In this document: positions 29,792 to 42,767 of the stretch, one piece after another
Layout of the letters: every line of letters begins with the position of its first letter
How positions within the stretch are numbered: position 1 is the stretch's first letter
Assembly: GCA_033723415.1 (NCBI GenBank)
Contig: JAWVXD010000001.1
Span: 224,001-288,000, forward strand
Direction of reading: 5' to 3'
DNA: 64,000 nucleotides
From: Sulfurospirillaceae bacterium
GTDB taxonomy: Bacteria > Campylobacterota > Campylobacteria > Campylobacterales > Sulfurospirillaceae
Translations under genes and position numbers: made by a program
The notes under the pieces: generated by a model
Seen by the model: the letters and a program-made list of their open reading frames with translations, nothing else
Told to the model about the DNA's origin: nothing
Databases searched by the model: none

Positions 29792-30311
29792 TTTTATTCT
29801 TGTCTTTTTTTTGTTGCTTTGGCTGAAGACACCGCTATATCTAGCTTTTTCAATACTTATTTTAAATGTGATATCTTTAAAAGACATTACAAGGTTAAAC
29901 AAAAGAGTTCTCAAATCCATATTTATCTTCAATCTCGGCGTGAGTATCGGTTATATCGTGATGGCATTGCTTAAAGATATAAATCCTTGGGGTTACATCA
30001 TCTATATCAATCTGAAAGTCTATGCTTTGACATTCTTCGTATTTTGGTTTTTTTCAAAAGTCAGTATTGTCGGTTTTTTCTCTTTTTCAAAAGACCTTAG
30101 CTATCTTTTAAGTATTTCTCTTTCACAAATATATTCTTATCGAAAGACTTTTGAAGACTTTAGACTTGCATATAAAGCAAGGTTCATAAAAAAATACAGA
30201 GAGAGAAAAACAGATTTTATCAGAGTGGTTTTTAGTTTTTTTCTAAAAAAATCTATGAGTGATTCAAAGGAGCGAGTTATGGCGATGCGCGCAAGGGGAT
30301 TTTTTGATTGA
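29775..30311 (+). CDS. nikQ: ECF transporter T component NikQ/CbiQ (short form)
   Basis: Hydrophobic; AYKAR and AMRARGF XRX motifs; start likely ATG 29775. Confidence 0.75.
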   Translation: MLLNLSFILVFFLLLWLKTPLYLAFSILILNVISLKDITRLNKRVLKSIFIFNLGVSIGYIVMALLKDINPWGYIIYINLKVYALTFFVFWFFSKVSIVGFFSFSKDLSYLLSISLSQIYSYRKTFEDFRLAYKARFIKKYRERKTDFIRVVFSFFLKKSMSDSKERVMAMRARGFFD

Positions 30312-31071
30312 TCTAGAAAACGTAAGTTTTAAATATGAGGATCAAATAGCACTGGATTGTATTGATCTAACAATCGTTGAAAACGAAAAAATCGTTCTAT
30401 TAGGCAATAACGGCAGCGGTAAATCGACACTTTTGAGACTTTTAGCCGGGTTGTATTTTCCTGATAAGGGAACGTACCTTTTTGAAAAAGAGTCTGTTAT
30501 AAAGAAAAATGTGGGCAAAAATTTTAGGAAAAAAGTCGGTGTTCTGTTTCAAAACCCCGAAAGCATGATCTTTAATCCAACCGTTTATGATGAGATCGCT
30601 TTTTCTCTTCGCGAGTTTGATTTTGACAATATCGAAGAGCGAGTGAATCAAATCGCAAAAGAGTTTGGCATCACGCAGCATCTTAAAAAATCGCCCTTAA
30701 GTTTGAGCGGCGGTGAAAAACAAAAGGTCATGTTGGCTTCAATATTGGTGTATGAGCCACAACTTTTACTCTTAGACGAACCCACAGCTGCGATGGATCC
30801 AAGTTCTTCCGGCTGGTTTGTAGATTTTATGATAGATGTGCAAAAGACGGTTGTTTTGGCAACTCATGATCTAAGCCATGCTTATGAGATGAGTAACCGC
30901 GCTGTCGTTATAAACGAAGAACATAAAAAGATATATGACGGAAATATCGATAATTTGTTTGATGATCTTGATTTGTTACAGCGAGCAAATCTGATCCACA
31001 AGCATAAAGTCAAGAAAAATATCTATAATACAAAATACCATTTGCATTTTAAAGGAGAAGGACATGTGTAA
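30304..31071 (+). CDS. nikO: ECF transporter ATPase NikO/CbiO
   Basis: GNNGSGKST, FQNPE, LSGGEKQKV, LLDEPT, ATHD, His-containing tail; start likely TTG 30304. Confidence 0.88.
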   Translation: MIDLENVSFKYEDQIALDCIDLTIVENEKIVLLGNNGSGKSTLLRLLAGLYFPDKGTYLFEKESVIKKNVGKNFRKKVGVLFQNPESMIFNPTVYDEIAFSLREFDFDNIEERVNQIAKEFGITQHLKKSPLSLSGGEKQKVMLASILVYEPQLLLLDEPTAAMDPSSSGWFVDFMIDVQKTVVLATHDLSHAYEMSNRAVVINEEHKKIYDGNIDNLFDDLDLLQRANLIHKHKVKKNIYNTKYHLHFKGEGHV

Positions 31072-31831
31072 AGATTGCGGTTGCTCTATCACGGATAGCG
31101 CACACGAACACGAACATCACGGGAGTAGTCATGAACACCGACATGCCCATCAACATCTACATGACAACCCACAATTAAATGACAAAAAAACAGTTGAAGT
31201 TATCACAAAGATCTTGGATAAAAACGATCAAGAAGCAGAACATAACAGAGAGCATTTTGAGGCTCACAATGTTTTGTGCATCAATCTCATGAGCTCCCCG
31301 GGAAGTGGCAAAACTACCTTATTGGAAGCTCTAGGTGACGTTGCCGATTTTAAATTTTGTGTGGTAGAAGGTGATTTAGAAACGAACAAAGACGCCGATA
31401 GACTTAAAGCAAAAGGCATCGCTGCACACCAAATACAAACAGGCTCCGCTTGCCATTTAGATGCTTTTATGGTTCATAAAGCACTGCATCATGTTGATAT
31501 GGACAACATAGATGTCTGTTTCATAGAAAATGTCGGAAATCTAGTATGTCCTGCAAGCTATGATGTCGGAAGTCACTTAAACATAGTACTTGTTTCTGTG
31601 CCGGAGGGAGAAGACAAGATCGCAAAGTATCCGGTTATGTTCCGAAAAGCCGATTTGATCCTTTTTACGAAAACCGATCTTTTGCCTTATTTTGAGTATG
31701 ATCTAGAGAGTGAAAAAAGCGTTGCAAGAAAGCTGAAACCAAATGTTGATATCTTAGAAGTCAGTACAAAAGATCCAAAAAGCATCAAAAGAGTTGCCGA
31801 TTGGATCAAGTTCAAAAAAGAGGTGAGATAG
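31064..31831 (+). CDS. hypB: Hydrogenase nickel incorporation GTPase HypB
   Basis: MCKDCGC plus His-rich segment, SSPGSGKTT, CHLDA, ENVGNLVCP, TKTD. Confidence 0.97.
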   Translation: MCKDCGCSITDSAHEHEHHGSSHEHRHAHQHLHDNPQLNDKKTVEVITKILDKNDQEAEHNREHFEAHNVLCINLMSSPGSGKTTLLEALGDVADFKFCVVEGDLETNKDADRLKAKGIAAHQIQTGSACHLDAFMVHKALHHVDMDNIDVCFIENVGNLVCPASYDVGSHLNIVLVSVPEGEDKIAKYPVMFRKADLILFTKTDLLPYFEYDLESEKSVARKLKPNVDILEVSTKDPKSIKRVADWIKFKKEVR

Positions 31832-32104
31832 ATGTGTCTTTCAATACCGAGCAAAGTGATAGAGATCGATGAAAACAATATGGCTATCGTCGATACGATG
31901 GGGGTCAAACGTTCCGTGACTTTGGATTTGATCGATGAAAAAGTCAATGTTGGGGATTTTGTTTTGATACATGTCGGATTTGCGATGAATAAGATCAGCC
32001 AAGAAGAAGCCGAAGAGAGCTTGAAACTCTATGATGAGATCGTGGAGCAGATGAATAACTTAGATATAAGCCCTGAAGAGGGAGACAGCAACTATGCAAC
32101 CTGA
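31832..32104 (+). CDS. hypC: Hydrogenase maturation chaperone HypC
   Basis: MCLSIP, GDFVLIHVGFA. Confidence 0.96.
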   Translation: MCLSIPSKVIEIDENNMAIVDTMGVKRSVTLDLIDEKVNVGDFVLIHVGFAMNKISQEEAEESLKLYDEIVEQMNNLDISPEEGDSNYAT

Positions 32105-33212
32105 TTTGATCGAGAGTTTTAGAAATCCCGAACATATTAAAGCCCTGGCGGCTCTCATAAAAAAAGAATGCAAAACAAAGCTCAATGTTATGGAAGTCTG
32201 CGGGGGGCATACGCATACGATTATGAAATTTGGATTACCTCAGATTTTGCCCGATCTCATAGAGTTTATCCACGGTCCGGGCTGTCCTGTTTGTATCATG
32301 CCAAAAGAGCGGATCGATCACGCCATCGCTCTGGCTTCTATGGACAATACGATACTTGCGACACTAGGAGATATGATACGAGTACCGGGAAGTAAAACGT
32401 CACTGCAGAAACTTCGAGCCGAGGGCAAAGATATACGCTCTTTGTATTCGCCACTTGATGTTATAAAAATAGCTAAAGAAAATCCCGATAAAAAAGTTGT
32501 ATTTTTTGCGATAGGTTTTGAGACGACAACTCCGATGACATCGGTTTTGATAGATGAAGCACTCAAAGCAGATTTGAAAAATCTCTATTTTCACATCAAT
32601 CACGTCAGTGTCCCCGAACCCATAGATGCCATCATGTCAAGCGGTGATTCAAGAATTCATGCCTTTTTAGGGCCTTCTCATGTGAGTGTCATCACGGGTT
32701 ATGGGATATTTGAGCCTATAGTTGAACAGTACAAGACTCCTATAGTCGTAGCAGGGTTTGAACCGGTCGATGTCATGGAAGCTTTATTGATGTTGGTACG
32801 ACAAGTCAATAATGGTGAGCAAAAAGTAGAAAATCAATACAAGCGTGCCGTCTCCAAAGAGGGCAATGTCAAAGCACAAAATCTCATCAACCGTTACATG
32901 AAAAAACGAAACCATTTCAGATGGAGAGGTATCGGAGATATTGCAAACAGTGCGTTGAAGTTGAGAGATGAATTTTCACATTTGGATGCTGAAGTCGCTT
33001 TTGACGAAATCTTGCCAAAAGGCAAGATAGACGACCACAAACTTTGTATTTGCGGCGATATACTCAAAGGCAACGCCAAACCTTTTGACTGTAAAGTATT
33101 TGGCAAAGCTTGTGTACCAAGCAATCCTATGGGTTCTTGCATGGTTTCCAGCGAGGGTGCCTGTGCCGCTTATTATAAATACGGTAAATTTACCGGAAAA
33201 GGTATGAAATAA
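32094..33212 (+). CDS. hypD: Hydrogenase maturation protein HypD
   Basis: MEVCGGHTH, GPGCPVC, GFETT, PSHVS, CMVSSEGAC. Confidence 0.97.
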   Translation: MQPDLIESFRNPEHIKALAALIKKECKTKLNVMEVCGGHTHTIMKFGLPQILPDLIEFIHGPGCPVCIMPKERIDHAIALASMDNTILATLGDMIRVPGSKTSLQKLRAEGKDIRSLYSPLDVIKIAKENPDKKVVFFAIGFETTTPMTSVLIDEALKADLKNLYFHINHVSVPEPIDAIMSSGDSRIHAFLGPSHVSVITGYGIFEPIVEQYKTPIVVAGFEPVDVMEALLMLVRQVNNGEQKVENQYKRAVSKEGNVKAQNLINRYMKKRNHFRWRGIGDIANSALKLRDEFSHLDAEVAFDEILPKGKIDDHKLCICGDILKGNAKPFDCKVFGKACVPSNPMGSCMVSSEGACAAYYKYGKFTGKGMK

Positions 33213-34219
33213 TGAGTCATAGAAAGATCATGTTATCTCAAGGCGGCGGCGGTGAAGAGACGCAAAGCTTGATCAAAGAACTTTTTTTCAAATATTTTGA
33301 CAATGAAATTTTATTAAAAATGGAAGATGCGGCAGTTTTGAGCTTAAACTCTAAAAAAATAGCGTTTACTACGGATTCCTTTACCGTAAGCCCGATCTTT
33401 TTCAATGGCGGTAATATAGGCAAACTTGCCATCGCCGGTACGGTCAACGACATTGCCATGATGGGAGCTAAACCGTTGTATCTGACGTGCTCATTTATGA
33501 TAGAAGAGGGTTTCTCTTATGATGAGCTCGAGAGTATCGTCAAAAGCATGAGCGAAGAGCTAAAAGTAAGCGGCGCTAAAATCGTCTCAGGAGATACAAA
33601 AGTGGTTCCAAAGGGCGGCGTTGACGGGCTCTTTATCAACACTTCGGGAATCGGCGAGATCATGATGGAACATATCTCTGCGCATAACCTCTCAAACGGC
33701 GATTCGATCATCGTCTCCAACGAAGTCGGTAATCACGGAGCTTGTATCTTGGCAAAGAGAGAAGATATACAACTTGAAACTGAACTAAAAACAGACTGTG
33801 CTACGCTTTGGCCTATGATCGAAGCGATGATAGAAGAGGGTGTGAAAATCAAGTCGCTTAGAGATGCTACACGTGGCGGATTGAGTGCGGTGTTAAATGA
33901 ATGGTGTGAGACTTCGGGTGTTTGTATCGAAGTCGATGAAGATAAAATTCCTGTTTCAAATGAAGTTAAAGGTATCTGTGAAATGTTGGGATTTGAGCCT
34001 TATGAATTTGCAAATGAAGGCACGATGCTTATCTGCGTAGAAGCCGGAGAAGAAGAAAAAGCCTTAAATATCCTGAGGAAGTTTGATAAAACACATAAAG
34101 CTTCTTTGATCGGAAAAGTATCTAACAAATACAACAATAAAGTCATCCTCAATACGCCTTGGGGCAGTAGTCGCTACTTAGAGCCTCCAAAAGGCGAGCT
34201 TTTGCCGAGGATCTGCTGA
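33212..34219 (+). CDS. hypE: Hydrogenase maturation protein HypE
   Basis: TTDSF, GTVND, GDTKVV, RDATRGG, ANEG, terminal LPRIC. Confidence 0.97.
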   Translation: MSHRKIMLSQGGGGEETQSLIKELFFKYFDNEILLKMEDAAVLSLNSKKIAFTTDSFTVSPIFFNGGNIGKLAIAGTVNDIAMMGAKPLYLTCSFMIEEGFSYDELESIVKSMSEELKVSGAKIVSGDTKVVPKGGVDGLFINTSGIGEIMMEHISAHNLSNGDSIIVSNEVGNHGACILAKREDIQLETELKTDCATLWPMIEAMIEEGVKIKSLRDATRGGLSAVLNEWCETSGVCIEVDEDKIPVSNEVKGICEMLGFEPYEFANEGTMLICVEAGEEEKALNILRKFDKTHKASLIGKVSNKYNNKVILNTPWGSSRYLEPPKGELLPRIC

Positions 34220-34560
34220 TGCACGAATATTCTATAGTCAGTTCGCTTATTGAGATGTGCGAAGAGCATGCCAAGAAAGAAAACGCAACAAGGATCACAA
34301 AAGTAGAAGTAAAGATAGGAAAACTAAGCGGAGTAGAGCCTTATTTACTTGAGAGTGCTTTTGAAACGTTTAAAGAAAAATCGATATGTGATAAGGCAGA
34401 GTTTGTCATGAATATACAAGATGTTGTAGTCTATTGTCATAATTGCGAGAGAGAATTTGTGCTGGAAAAAAATGAATTTTTTTGTCCTGATTGCAGAAGT
34501 TTGGATATTAAAACAATAGACGGAACTGATATGTATTTGATGAAAATTGAGATGGAATAG
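34219..34560 (+). CDS. hypA: Hydrogenase nickel metallochaperone HypA
   Basis: MHEYSI, CHNC and CPDC. Confidence 0.96.
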   Translation: MHEYSIVSSLIEMCEEHAKKENATRITKVEVKIGKLSGVEPYLLESAFETFKEKSICDKAEFVMNIQDVVVYCHNCEREFVLEKNEFFCPDCRSLDIKTIDGTDMYLMKIEME

Positions 34561-34604
34561 CTGTTTATTTATGATATAATTTTCGCGTTTGAAAAGGATT
34601 ATAC

Positions 34605-35099
34605 ATGATTAAACAATTTAGAGTGGCCGAAATAGATGATTTGCCCGAAATAATAAATATTTATAATGATGCAATTAATGATGGCATATCTACAGTACAC
34701 AGTGACATAATAACACCGGATAATAAAATTGAATGGTTCAAGTCTCATGACAAAGACACAAGACCGATTTTAGTAAAAGAATATAAAAATAAAATAATAT
34801 CTTGGATAGATTTTCAGCCTTTTGATGAAAATGCGGCATATAAAAACAGTGCTAGGGTCAGTATTTATATAGAGAGAAATTTTAGAGGCCAGAAACTTGG
34901 TCAAAAGTTTTTGCAAGAAGCTATAGATAAAGCTGATATTTACGGTATAAAAACACTTTTGGCATATATCTTTTCCGATAATATAGCAAGTTTAAAATTA
35001 TTTAAAAAGATGCATTTTAGAGAGTGGGGACATTTCCCAAATATTGCTCAAATCAACAATGAAAGCAAAGATTTGATCATCCTAGGGTGTTCTATTTAA
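34605..35099 (+). CDS. GNAT N-acetyltransferase (YncA/phosphinothricin acetyltransferase-like)
   Basis: DLPEIINIYN, SIYI..NFRGQKLG, NIASLKLF. Confidence 0.85.
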   Translation: MIKQFRVAEIDDLPEIINIYNDAINDGISTVHSDIITPDNKIEWFKSHDKDTRPILVKEYKNKIISWIDFQPFDENAAYKNSARVSIYIERNFRGQKLGQKFLQEAIDKADIYGIKTLLAYIFSDNIASLKLFKKMHFREWGHFPNIAQINNESKDLIILGCSI

Positions 35100-37647
35100 A
35101 AAGTTTAAAAGGAGATTCTATAGCTCTTTTAAAAATATTTACTGGAGTCATAACGGAATCTTTGAACATTTGAGTCTTGATCTGCGGATTTGTCAAGGCT
35201 CCTGTTACTTTTATGTTGGTAGAGATACTTTTGTCATCACCTAGAACGATGTAGCCTAGTAGCGGTATGTTTTTTACAACATTACTGACGTCTTTAAGAG
35301 TTTTGACCTGCAAATCCAAATCTATACTTTTGCTATCTAGATTTATATATCCATATCCTGATATATCAGTATTATAGCCATGTAATTCAATTTTACTAAA
35401 AGAGACTATTTGATTGATCCGTTTAAAATCAATTTCTCCATCTTTTATAACATATCCGTTTTCATTGAAGCTTGGGTTTCGAAGTAGGACCAAGGAAGGT
35501 ATTGTATTGATTATGGCCATCATATTATTAAATACGGAAGATCCCACAAGAGTAGAATCGCTTATATAAACTTTGCCATCAAATATACCTTCATTGCTTC
35601 CATTGACAGTTAGCACAAATGAACCGTCTTTGAAAATATCACTGTTTAGGGCTTTGTTTACAAATGTATCATTAAGTTTTGTGGCTTCAAGTGAAAAATT
35701 GCCGTTATATTCTTCATATCCTATTTGAGAATTTTTGTATATGCTTATGAAACTAGTGTGTTTCTTTTCTATATTTAGAGTAAAATGATCGCTTAATATT
35801 GTTGAATTAAAATCTTTTATTTTAAAATTTACATTTTTACCATTTATTAAAATCATATTTTTGGCATTGCTCTGGTGATTCATGTCAGCAACTCTGATAT
35901 CTAAATCTGCTAGATTTACCACCAAGTCCTTATCATAGAAAAGTTGGAGTTTTTTGTCATTTGTAAATGCTTTTATCTTATCTGCTTTTGTACTTATATT
36001 GATATCTAGGTCTTTGATGTTTTTATTTTTATAGTAAAAAGGCGTGGATACATCATCAAGTTTTAAATTTGCATCAAAATTTTGGAATTTTTTTGTTTTT
36101 ATCTCAACCTTACCCGTACTAAGATTATAATCTTTTATAAGTGGTGAAAAATCTTTGTATTTTGAAATGTCATCTATCTTTATTTTATTATTATTTGGTG
36201 CAAAGGACAGTGTAGTGTTTAAGTCATGAAATGAGAATATACTTGTGTTTTTATTTAGCATAAGGCTAAAAGGCTGATTTCGTAAGTTTTTTATTGCCAA
36301 GAGAGATTTATTTTTTAATCCTATATTCAATGCATTGATATTTGCAAATCCATCATATTCTTTAGTATTTGTGTTAAATACTCCTGTGGTATTTGCATTG
36401 AAAATATTTTTATAGCTTATGTTGCTGTTTGTGATAAATACTCTGTTATTATCAAGTCTGATTTTTGCATGTTTTGTAAAGAAATCAACTCCTTCTATAT
36501 TTAAAAGGGAATTTTCAACCAGAAAGTTCCCTTTTGCGTTTATTGCGTATGGATAAAATTTTATATCCAAAGCGATATGAGATTTATTTGTACCGCTTTT
36601 TTGCGTTATAGGTAGATTGATTTTAAATGCTTGCAGTATAGATTGAACAGGCTGATCTAGCAATGAAGTAGAATTTAGATCCACAATGATACCTGTATTT
36701 GTTGTTAAAAGATTATATATATGTATGTCATTGACGTGAATTTTTTTCTTTTCATAGGTAGGATTTGTTAGTTTAAAAGAAAGTGTATTGTCATTGAGTT
36801 CTACATTTATCTTATCAGCAATAGCAGGAGTGACGTTCGGATGAAATTTGATAGTAGCATCTTTGACTGTGGCATCTCCTTTCATGAGAAAAGGGAAAAA
36901 CTCTTCTGTTTTTAGATTAAACATGCCTTCTAAATGATTGAGTTTATACTCTTTTGCAACAATATTTTTATATATCCATGCACTGACAATTGGTTCTATA
37001 TAAACTTTTGATTCTATATATTTCATAATTGGAGCAAGAGTTGCAAAGTTTTGAGTACTTATTCGGTAGTAAACTTTTTCTTTTTCCATATAAAGGTTTA
37101 GCTTGCCATTGATATTTAAAATATCAAACTTGCCGGCATAATTATAGATATTTTTCTTCATATCCAAGATTACTTTTCCTGACAGTTCCATACCATAATC
37201 TTTCAATATCATTTGCTTCAGGTCGATATCCAAATTACCTTTGTTTACTTCTTTTAGTCTAGCATCTATGGTCAGATAATTACTGTTTAGATAAAAAATA
37301 TCATTCTTATACAAGATATTCACGATTTCATTTTCATATTTAATGTTTTTTAGTGAGATCATTTGAAAAAATTGGTTTAAGTATTTTCCATATTTTGCAA
37401 GTTTATAAATCTCATACGTCGAGTTTTTGGCGCGTGATTCTCTTTTTATCTCTATTTGATTTGCTTCAACAATTAATTTTTTATCTAATTTTATATATAA
37501 TTCTCTAATTTTTAATTTTGGCATACTGATAGATTCTATATTTATGCCATGCATTAAAGATAAAATTAGTATGATAAGAGTTAATATGATAACTAAGAAA
37601 GCTACCCAGATTTTTCTCATAATATGTGATGTGATTTTAATTATCAT
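35092..37647 (-). CDS. AsmA-like/YhdP-family envelope protein
   Basis: N-terminal TM, long beta-rich body, C-terminal IPLLGYIVLG...VTGAL.NP; exact start uncertain (37647 or 37620). Confidence 0.8.
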   Translation of the reverse strand: MIIKITSHIMRKIWVAFLVIILTLIILILSLMHGINIESISMPKLKIRELYIKLDKKLIVEANQIEIKRESRAKNSTYEIYKLAKYGKYLNQFFQMISLKNIKYENEIVNILYKNDIFYLNSNYLTIDARLKEVNKGNLDIDLKQMILKDYGMELSGKVILDMKKNIYNYAGKFDILNINGKLNLYMEKEKVYYRISTQNFATLAPIMKYIESKVYIEPIVSAWIYKNIVAKEYKLNHLEGMFNLKTEEFFPFLMKGDATVKDATIKFHPNVTPAIADKINVELNDNTLSFKLTNPTYEKKKIHVNDIHIYNLLTTNTGIIVDLNSTSLLDQPVQSILQAFKINLPITQKSGTNKSHIALDIKFYPYAINAKGNFLVENSLLNIEGVDFFTKHAKIRLDNNRVFITNSNISYKNIFNANTTGVFNTNTKEYDGFANINALNIGLKNKSLLAIKNLRNQPFSLMLNKNTSIFSFHDLNTTLSFAPNNNKIKIDDISKYKDFSPLIKDYNLSTGKVEIKTKKFQNFDANLKLDDVSTPFYYKNKNIKDLDINISTKADKIKAFTNDKKLQLFYDKDLVVNLADLDIRVADMNHQSNAKNMILINGKNVNFKIKDFNSTILSDHFTLNIEKKHTSFISIYKNSQIGYEEYNGNFSLEATKLNDTFVNKALNSDIFKDGSFVLTVNGSNEGIFDGKVYISDSTLVGSSVFNNMMAIINTIPSLVLLRNPSFNENGYVIKDGEIDFKRINQIVSFSKIELHGYNTDISGYGYINLDSKSIDLDLQVKTLKDVSNVVKNIPLLGYIVLGDDKSISTNIKVTGALTNPQIKTQMFKDSVMTPVNIFKRAIESPFKLFK

Positions 37648-38533
37648 TTTGTCGCTTGTCTTTCATATGGCCAGTCCAATAAATTCTTCAAAAGTTGTAT
37701 ATATACCAAAAGGTTCTGTATCTCAAATTATATCATACTTGCAAGAAAATAATTTTGCTATTTCAAAAAAAGTTGATAAATATCTCTTATATTTTATAGG
37801 ACAACCGCAATATGGGTGGATTGATATTGGATCAACTGAGTTAACAAGGGCCGACTTCTTTTACAAGCTATCTCATGCAAAGGCAGCTATCAAGATACTG
37901 ACTCTTATCCCCGGAGAAACTACAGCAATATTTTTAGAAAACTGTGCTAAAGAATTCAATCTTTCTTATGAAAAACTATATAATTTATTTGATAAGATCT
38001 CTCCATATAAAGAAGGATTATTGATCCCTGACACCTATAATATCCCTATGGGCATAAGTGAAAAACATCTGATATATTATCTTGTAAATGAGAGCGAAAA
38101 ACGTCAAAAAGAAAATTCATATAAAATATTCGGTGAATATAGACAGTCTAGATGGTATAAATATTTGATTGTTGCATCTATAATCCAAAAAGAATCTGCC
38201 AATAAAAATGAAATGCCGATTGTCTCTTCCGTTATCTATAACAGACTGAAAAAGAACATGAGATTGCAGATGGATGGCGCCTTAAATTACGGCTTGTATT
38301 CTCATAAAAAAGTTACCCCTCAAAGAATTAAAGAAGATAAAACTAAGTATAATACTTATAAATGGGCAGGTTTACCGGATGACCCTGTTTGCAATGTCGG
38401 TATGGATGCTATTGCAGCTGCAATATTTCCTAAAAAAACGAACTATTTATATTTTGTAAAAAACAAAGAAGGAGTGCATTCTTTTTCCGAAACATTTAGT
38501 CAACATAAAATGAATGTTAAAAAGTTGCATTAA
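37586..38533 (+). CDS. mltG: Endolytic transglycosylase MltG
   Basis: TLIPGE, EGLLIPDTY, ASIIQKES, VIYNRL...MRLQMD, YNTY...GLP, YLYFV; start uncertain (37571 or 37586). Confidence 0.92.
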   Translation: MITKKATQIFLIICDVILIIILSLVFHMASPINSSKVVYIPKGSVSQIISYLQENNFAISKKVDKYLLYFIGQPQYGWIDIGSTELTRADFFYKLSHAKAAIKILTLIPGETTAIFLENCAKEFNLSYEKLYNLFDKISPYKEGLLIPDTYNIPMGISEKHLIYYLVNESEKRQKENSYKIFGEYRQSRWYKYLIVASIIQKESANKNEMPIVSSVIYNRLKKNMRLQMDGALNYGLYSHKKVTPQRIKEDKTKYNTYKWAGLPDDPVCNVGMDAIAAAIFPKKTNYLYFVKNKEGVHSFSETFSQHKMNVKKLH

Positions 38534-38660
38534 TGTAATTATTTTAGAATTATTTCTATTATTTTTATAAATTAATTAGAATTTTATAATTATTTTTATA
38601 CATTAAAATGATACTATAACCAATACTTGTTTTTGCAGGTCTTGATTATGCTATCCATAA

Positions 38661-40913
<2,253 letters not shown>

Positions 40914-40947
40914 AGAATTTATATAGAGATTACTTGAAGGAGACAAA

Positions 40948-41919
40948 ATGAGTATCAATAGTAAAGTGTCTATTATAGGAGCAGGCGGCAATGTCGGTGG
41001 AATTGTTGCGTACTCTATAGCTATGCAAGGGTTAGCGCATCAAGTGATCTTAGTAGATAGAGATATGGACAGAGCTAGAGGAAAAGCACTGGACATGAAT
41101 CAAGCAGCTGCAGCTATGAGATCACACTCAGTAGTTAGAGCAGCTGAGAGTTACGAAGATGTAAGAGACAGCAAGATTGTTGTCATTACGGCTGGATTTC
41201 CAAGAAAAGAAGGTATGAGTAGAGACGATTTGCTGATTAAAAATGCAGAGATCATGAGGGAAGTCATAGCACAAGTCAAAGTTGTGGCACCAGATTGCAT
41301 TTTAATCATCGTTTCTAATCCTCTGGATATTATGACATATGTTGCTCTAAAAGAATCCGGTTTCCCAAAAGAGAGAGTCATTGGAATGGCAGGTATATTG
41401 GATAGCTCTAGAATGACACATTTTATCCAAGAAAAACTAGGATTCGGTGCGGGACAAATAAGAGCCAGTGTTATTGGCGGACATGGAGATACTATGGTCT
41501 TGCTTCCAAGATTTTCTACCGTTGCAGGAGTTCCTCTTCATGATCTTCTCAGTGATGCCGAGATCGAAGAGATCGTAACTAAAACCAAACATGGAGGGGC
41601 AGAGATCGTAAAATATCTTGGCACTTCTGCTTATCTTGCACCTGGTAAAGGTGCTGCTATCATGATAGAGTCTATTTTAAGAGATTCTAAAAAGATATAT
41701 TCTTGTTCAACACTATTAGAAGGTGAATACGGATACTCAAATGTGACTACGGGTGTCCCTGTCATGCTTGGAGCTAACGGTGCGGAGAGGATAATAAAAG
41801 TTACTCTGGATCGTTGTGAAAAGCAACAGTTTGATAATAGTGTAACAGCAGTTAAAAACATAATAGATGTATTATATAAAAATAATTTTTTCGGGGAGGA
41901 AAAATATGAGAGAGATTAA
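40948..41919 (+). CDS. mdh: Malate dehydrogenase (LDH-like)
   Basis: TAGFPRKEGMSRDDL, SNPLD, GILDSSR, GGHGD. Confidence 0.93.
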   Translation: MSINSKVSIIGAGGNVGGIVAYSIAMQGLAHQVILVDRDMDRARGKALDMNQAAAAMRSHSVVRAAESYEDVRDSKIVVITAGFPRKEGMSRDDLLIKNAEIMREVIAQVKVVAPDCILIIVSNPLDIMTYVALKESGFPKERVIGMAGILDSSRMTHFIQEKLGFGAGQIRASVIGGHGDTMVLLPRFSTVAGVPLHDLLSDAEIEEIVTKTKHGGAEIVKYLGTSAYLAPGKGAAIMIESILRDSKKIYSCSTLLEGEYGYSNVTTGVPVMLGANGAERIIKVTLDRCEKQQFDNSVTAVKNIIDVLYKNNFFGEEKYERD

Positions 41920-42757
41920 GTATGATGACATTGTCAAAACTATTCGTGACACTATCATCTATAGCGGTACTGTTTTACCAAAAGATGCATACAAAGCTTT
42001 GAGCGATGCTCATGAAAATGAAAAAAGCCCAGTATGTAAAGAGGTTTTGAGACAACTTTTAGAAAATGCAGACATTGCTGCAAATGAAACAAAACCTTTA
42101 TGTCAAGATACTGGATTGGCAGTTTTTTTTGTTAAAGTAGGAGAAGACGTAAAAGTAGTTGGCGGCTCACTTAAAGCTGCTATCAACGAAGGAACTAGAC
42201 AAGGTTATACAGATGGTTATCTTAGAGCATCGACTTGCCATTGGGATACAAGAGCGAATCTCAAAGATGAGATAGGTTACAATTTACCTGCTGTCATTCA
42301 CTTTGATTTGGTAGAAGGTGATGAGTTAGAGATAGAATACGCTGCAAAAGGCGGTGGAAGTGAAAACGTAAGTCGTGCTATAGTATTGGCTCCTGCGAAA
42401 GGAAGAGCCGGTATAGTTGAATTTGTTAAGCAAGTTATCTCAGATGCAGGTCCGAATCCTTGCCCACCGCTTACGGTTGGAGTCGGAATCGGCGGTACAT
42501 TTGAAAAAGCAGCAGTTTCAAGTAAACACGCATTATTTAGAACGCTCGGAAGTAAAAATGAAGATCCTACCCTTGATTCTATGGAACAAGAATTATTGAC
42601 TGAATTAAATAAACTTGGAATCGGTGCTATGGGTATGGGCGGTACTCAAACAGTTTTAGGCGTACATATAGAAAAAAACCCTTGCCATATAGCAAGTTTG
42701 CCGGTTAGCGTCAATGTACAATGCCACAGCAGTAGACATACTGTTATAAAACTTTAA
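41906..42757 (+). CDS. Class I fumarate hydratase, alpha subunit
   Basis: PLCQDTG, KGGGSEN, NPCPP, CHSSR; start likely ATG 41906. Confidence 0.92.
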   Translation: MREIKYDDIVKTIRDTIIYSGTVLPKDAYKALSDAHENEKSPVCKEVLRQLLENADIAANETKPLCQDTGLAVFFVKVGEDVKVVGGSLKAAINEGTRQGYTDGYLRASTCHWDTRANLKDEIGYNLPAVIHFDLVEGDELEIEYAAKGGGSENVSRAIVLAPAKGRAGIVEFVKQVISDAGPNPCPPLTVGVGIGGTFEKAAVSSKHALFRTLGSKNEDPTLDSMEQELLTELNKLGIGAMGMGGTQTVLGVHIEKNPCHIASLPVSVNVQCHSSRHTVIKL

Positions 42758-42767
42758 GGAGTACGCC

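Noticed and set aside
38637..38653. GG-N10-GC upstream of icd as a sigma54 promoter
   Set aside because: Only the dinucleotides match; flanking consensus is poor and a TGnTATAAC extended -10 lies nearby.
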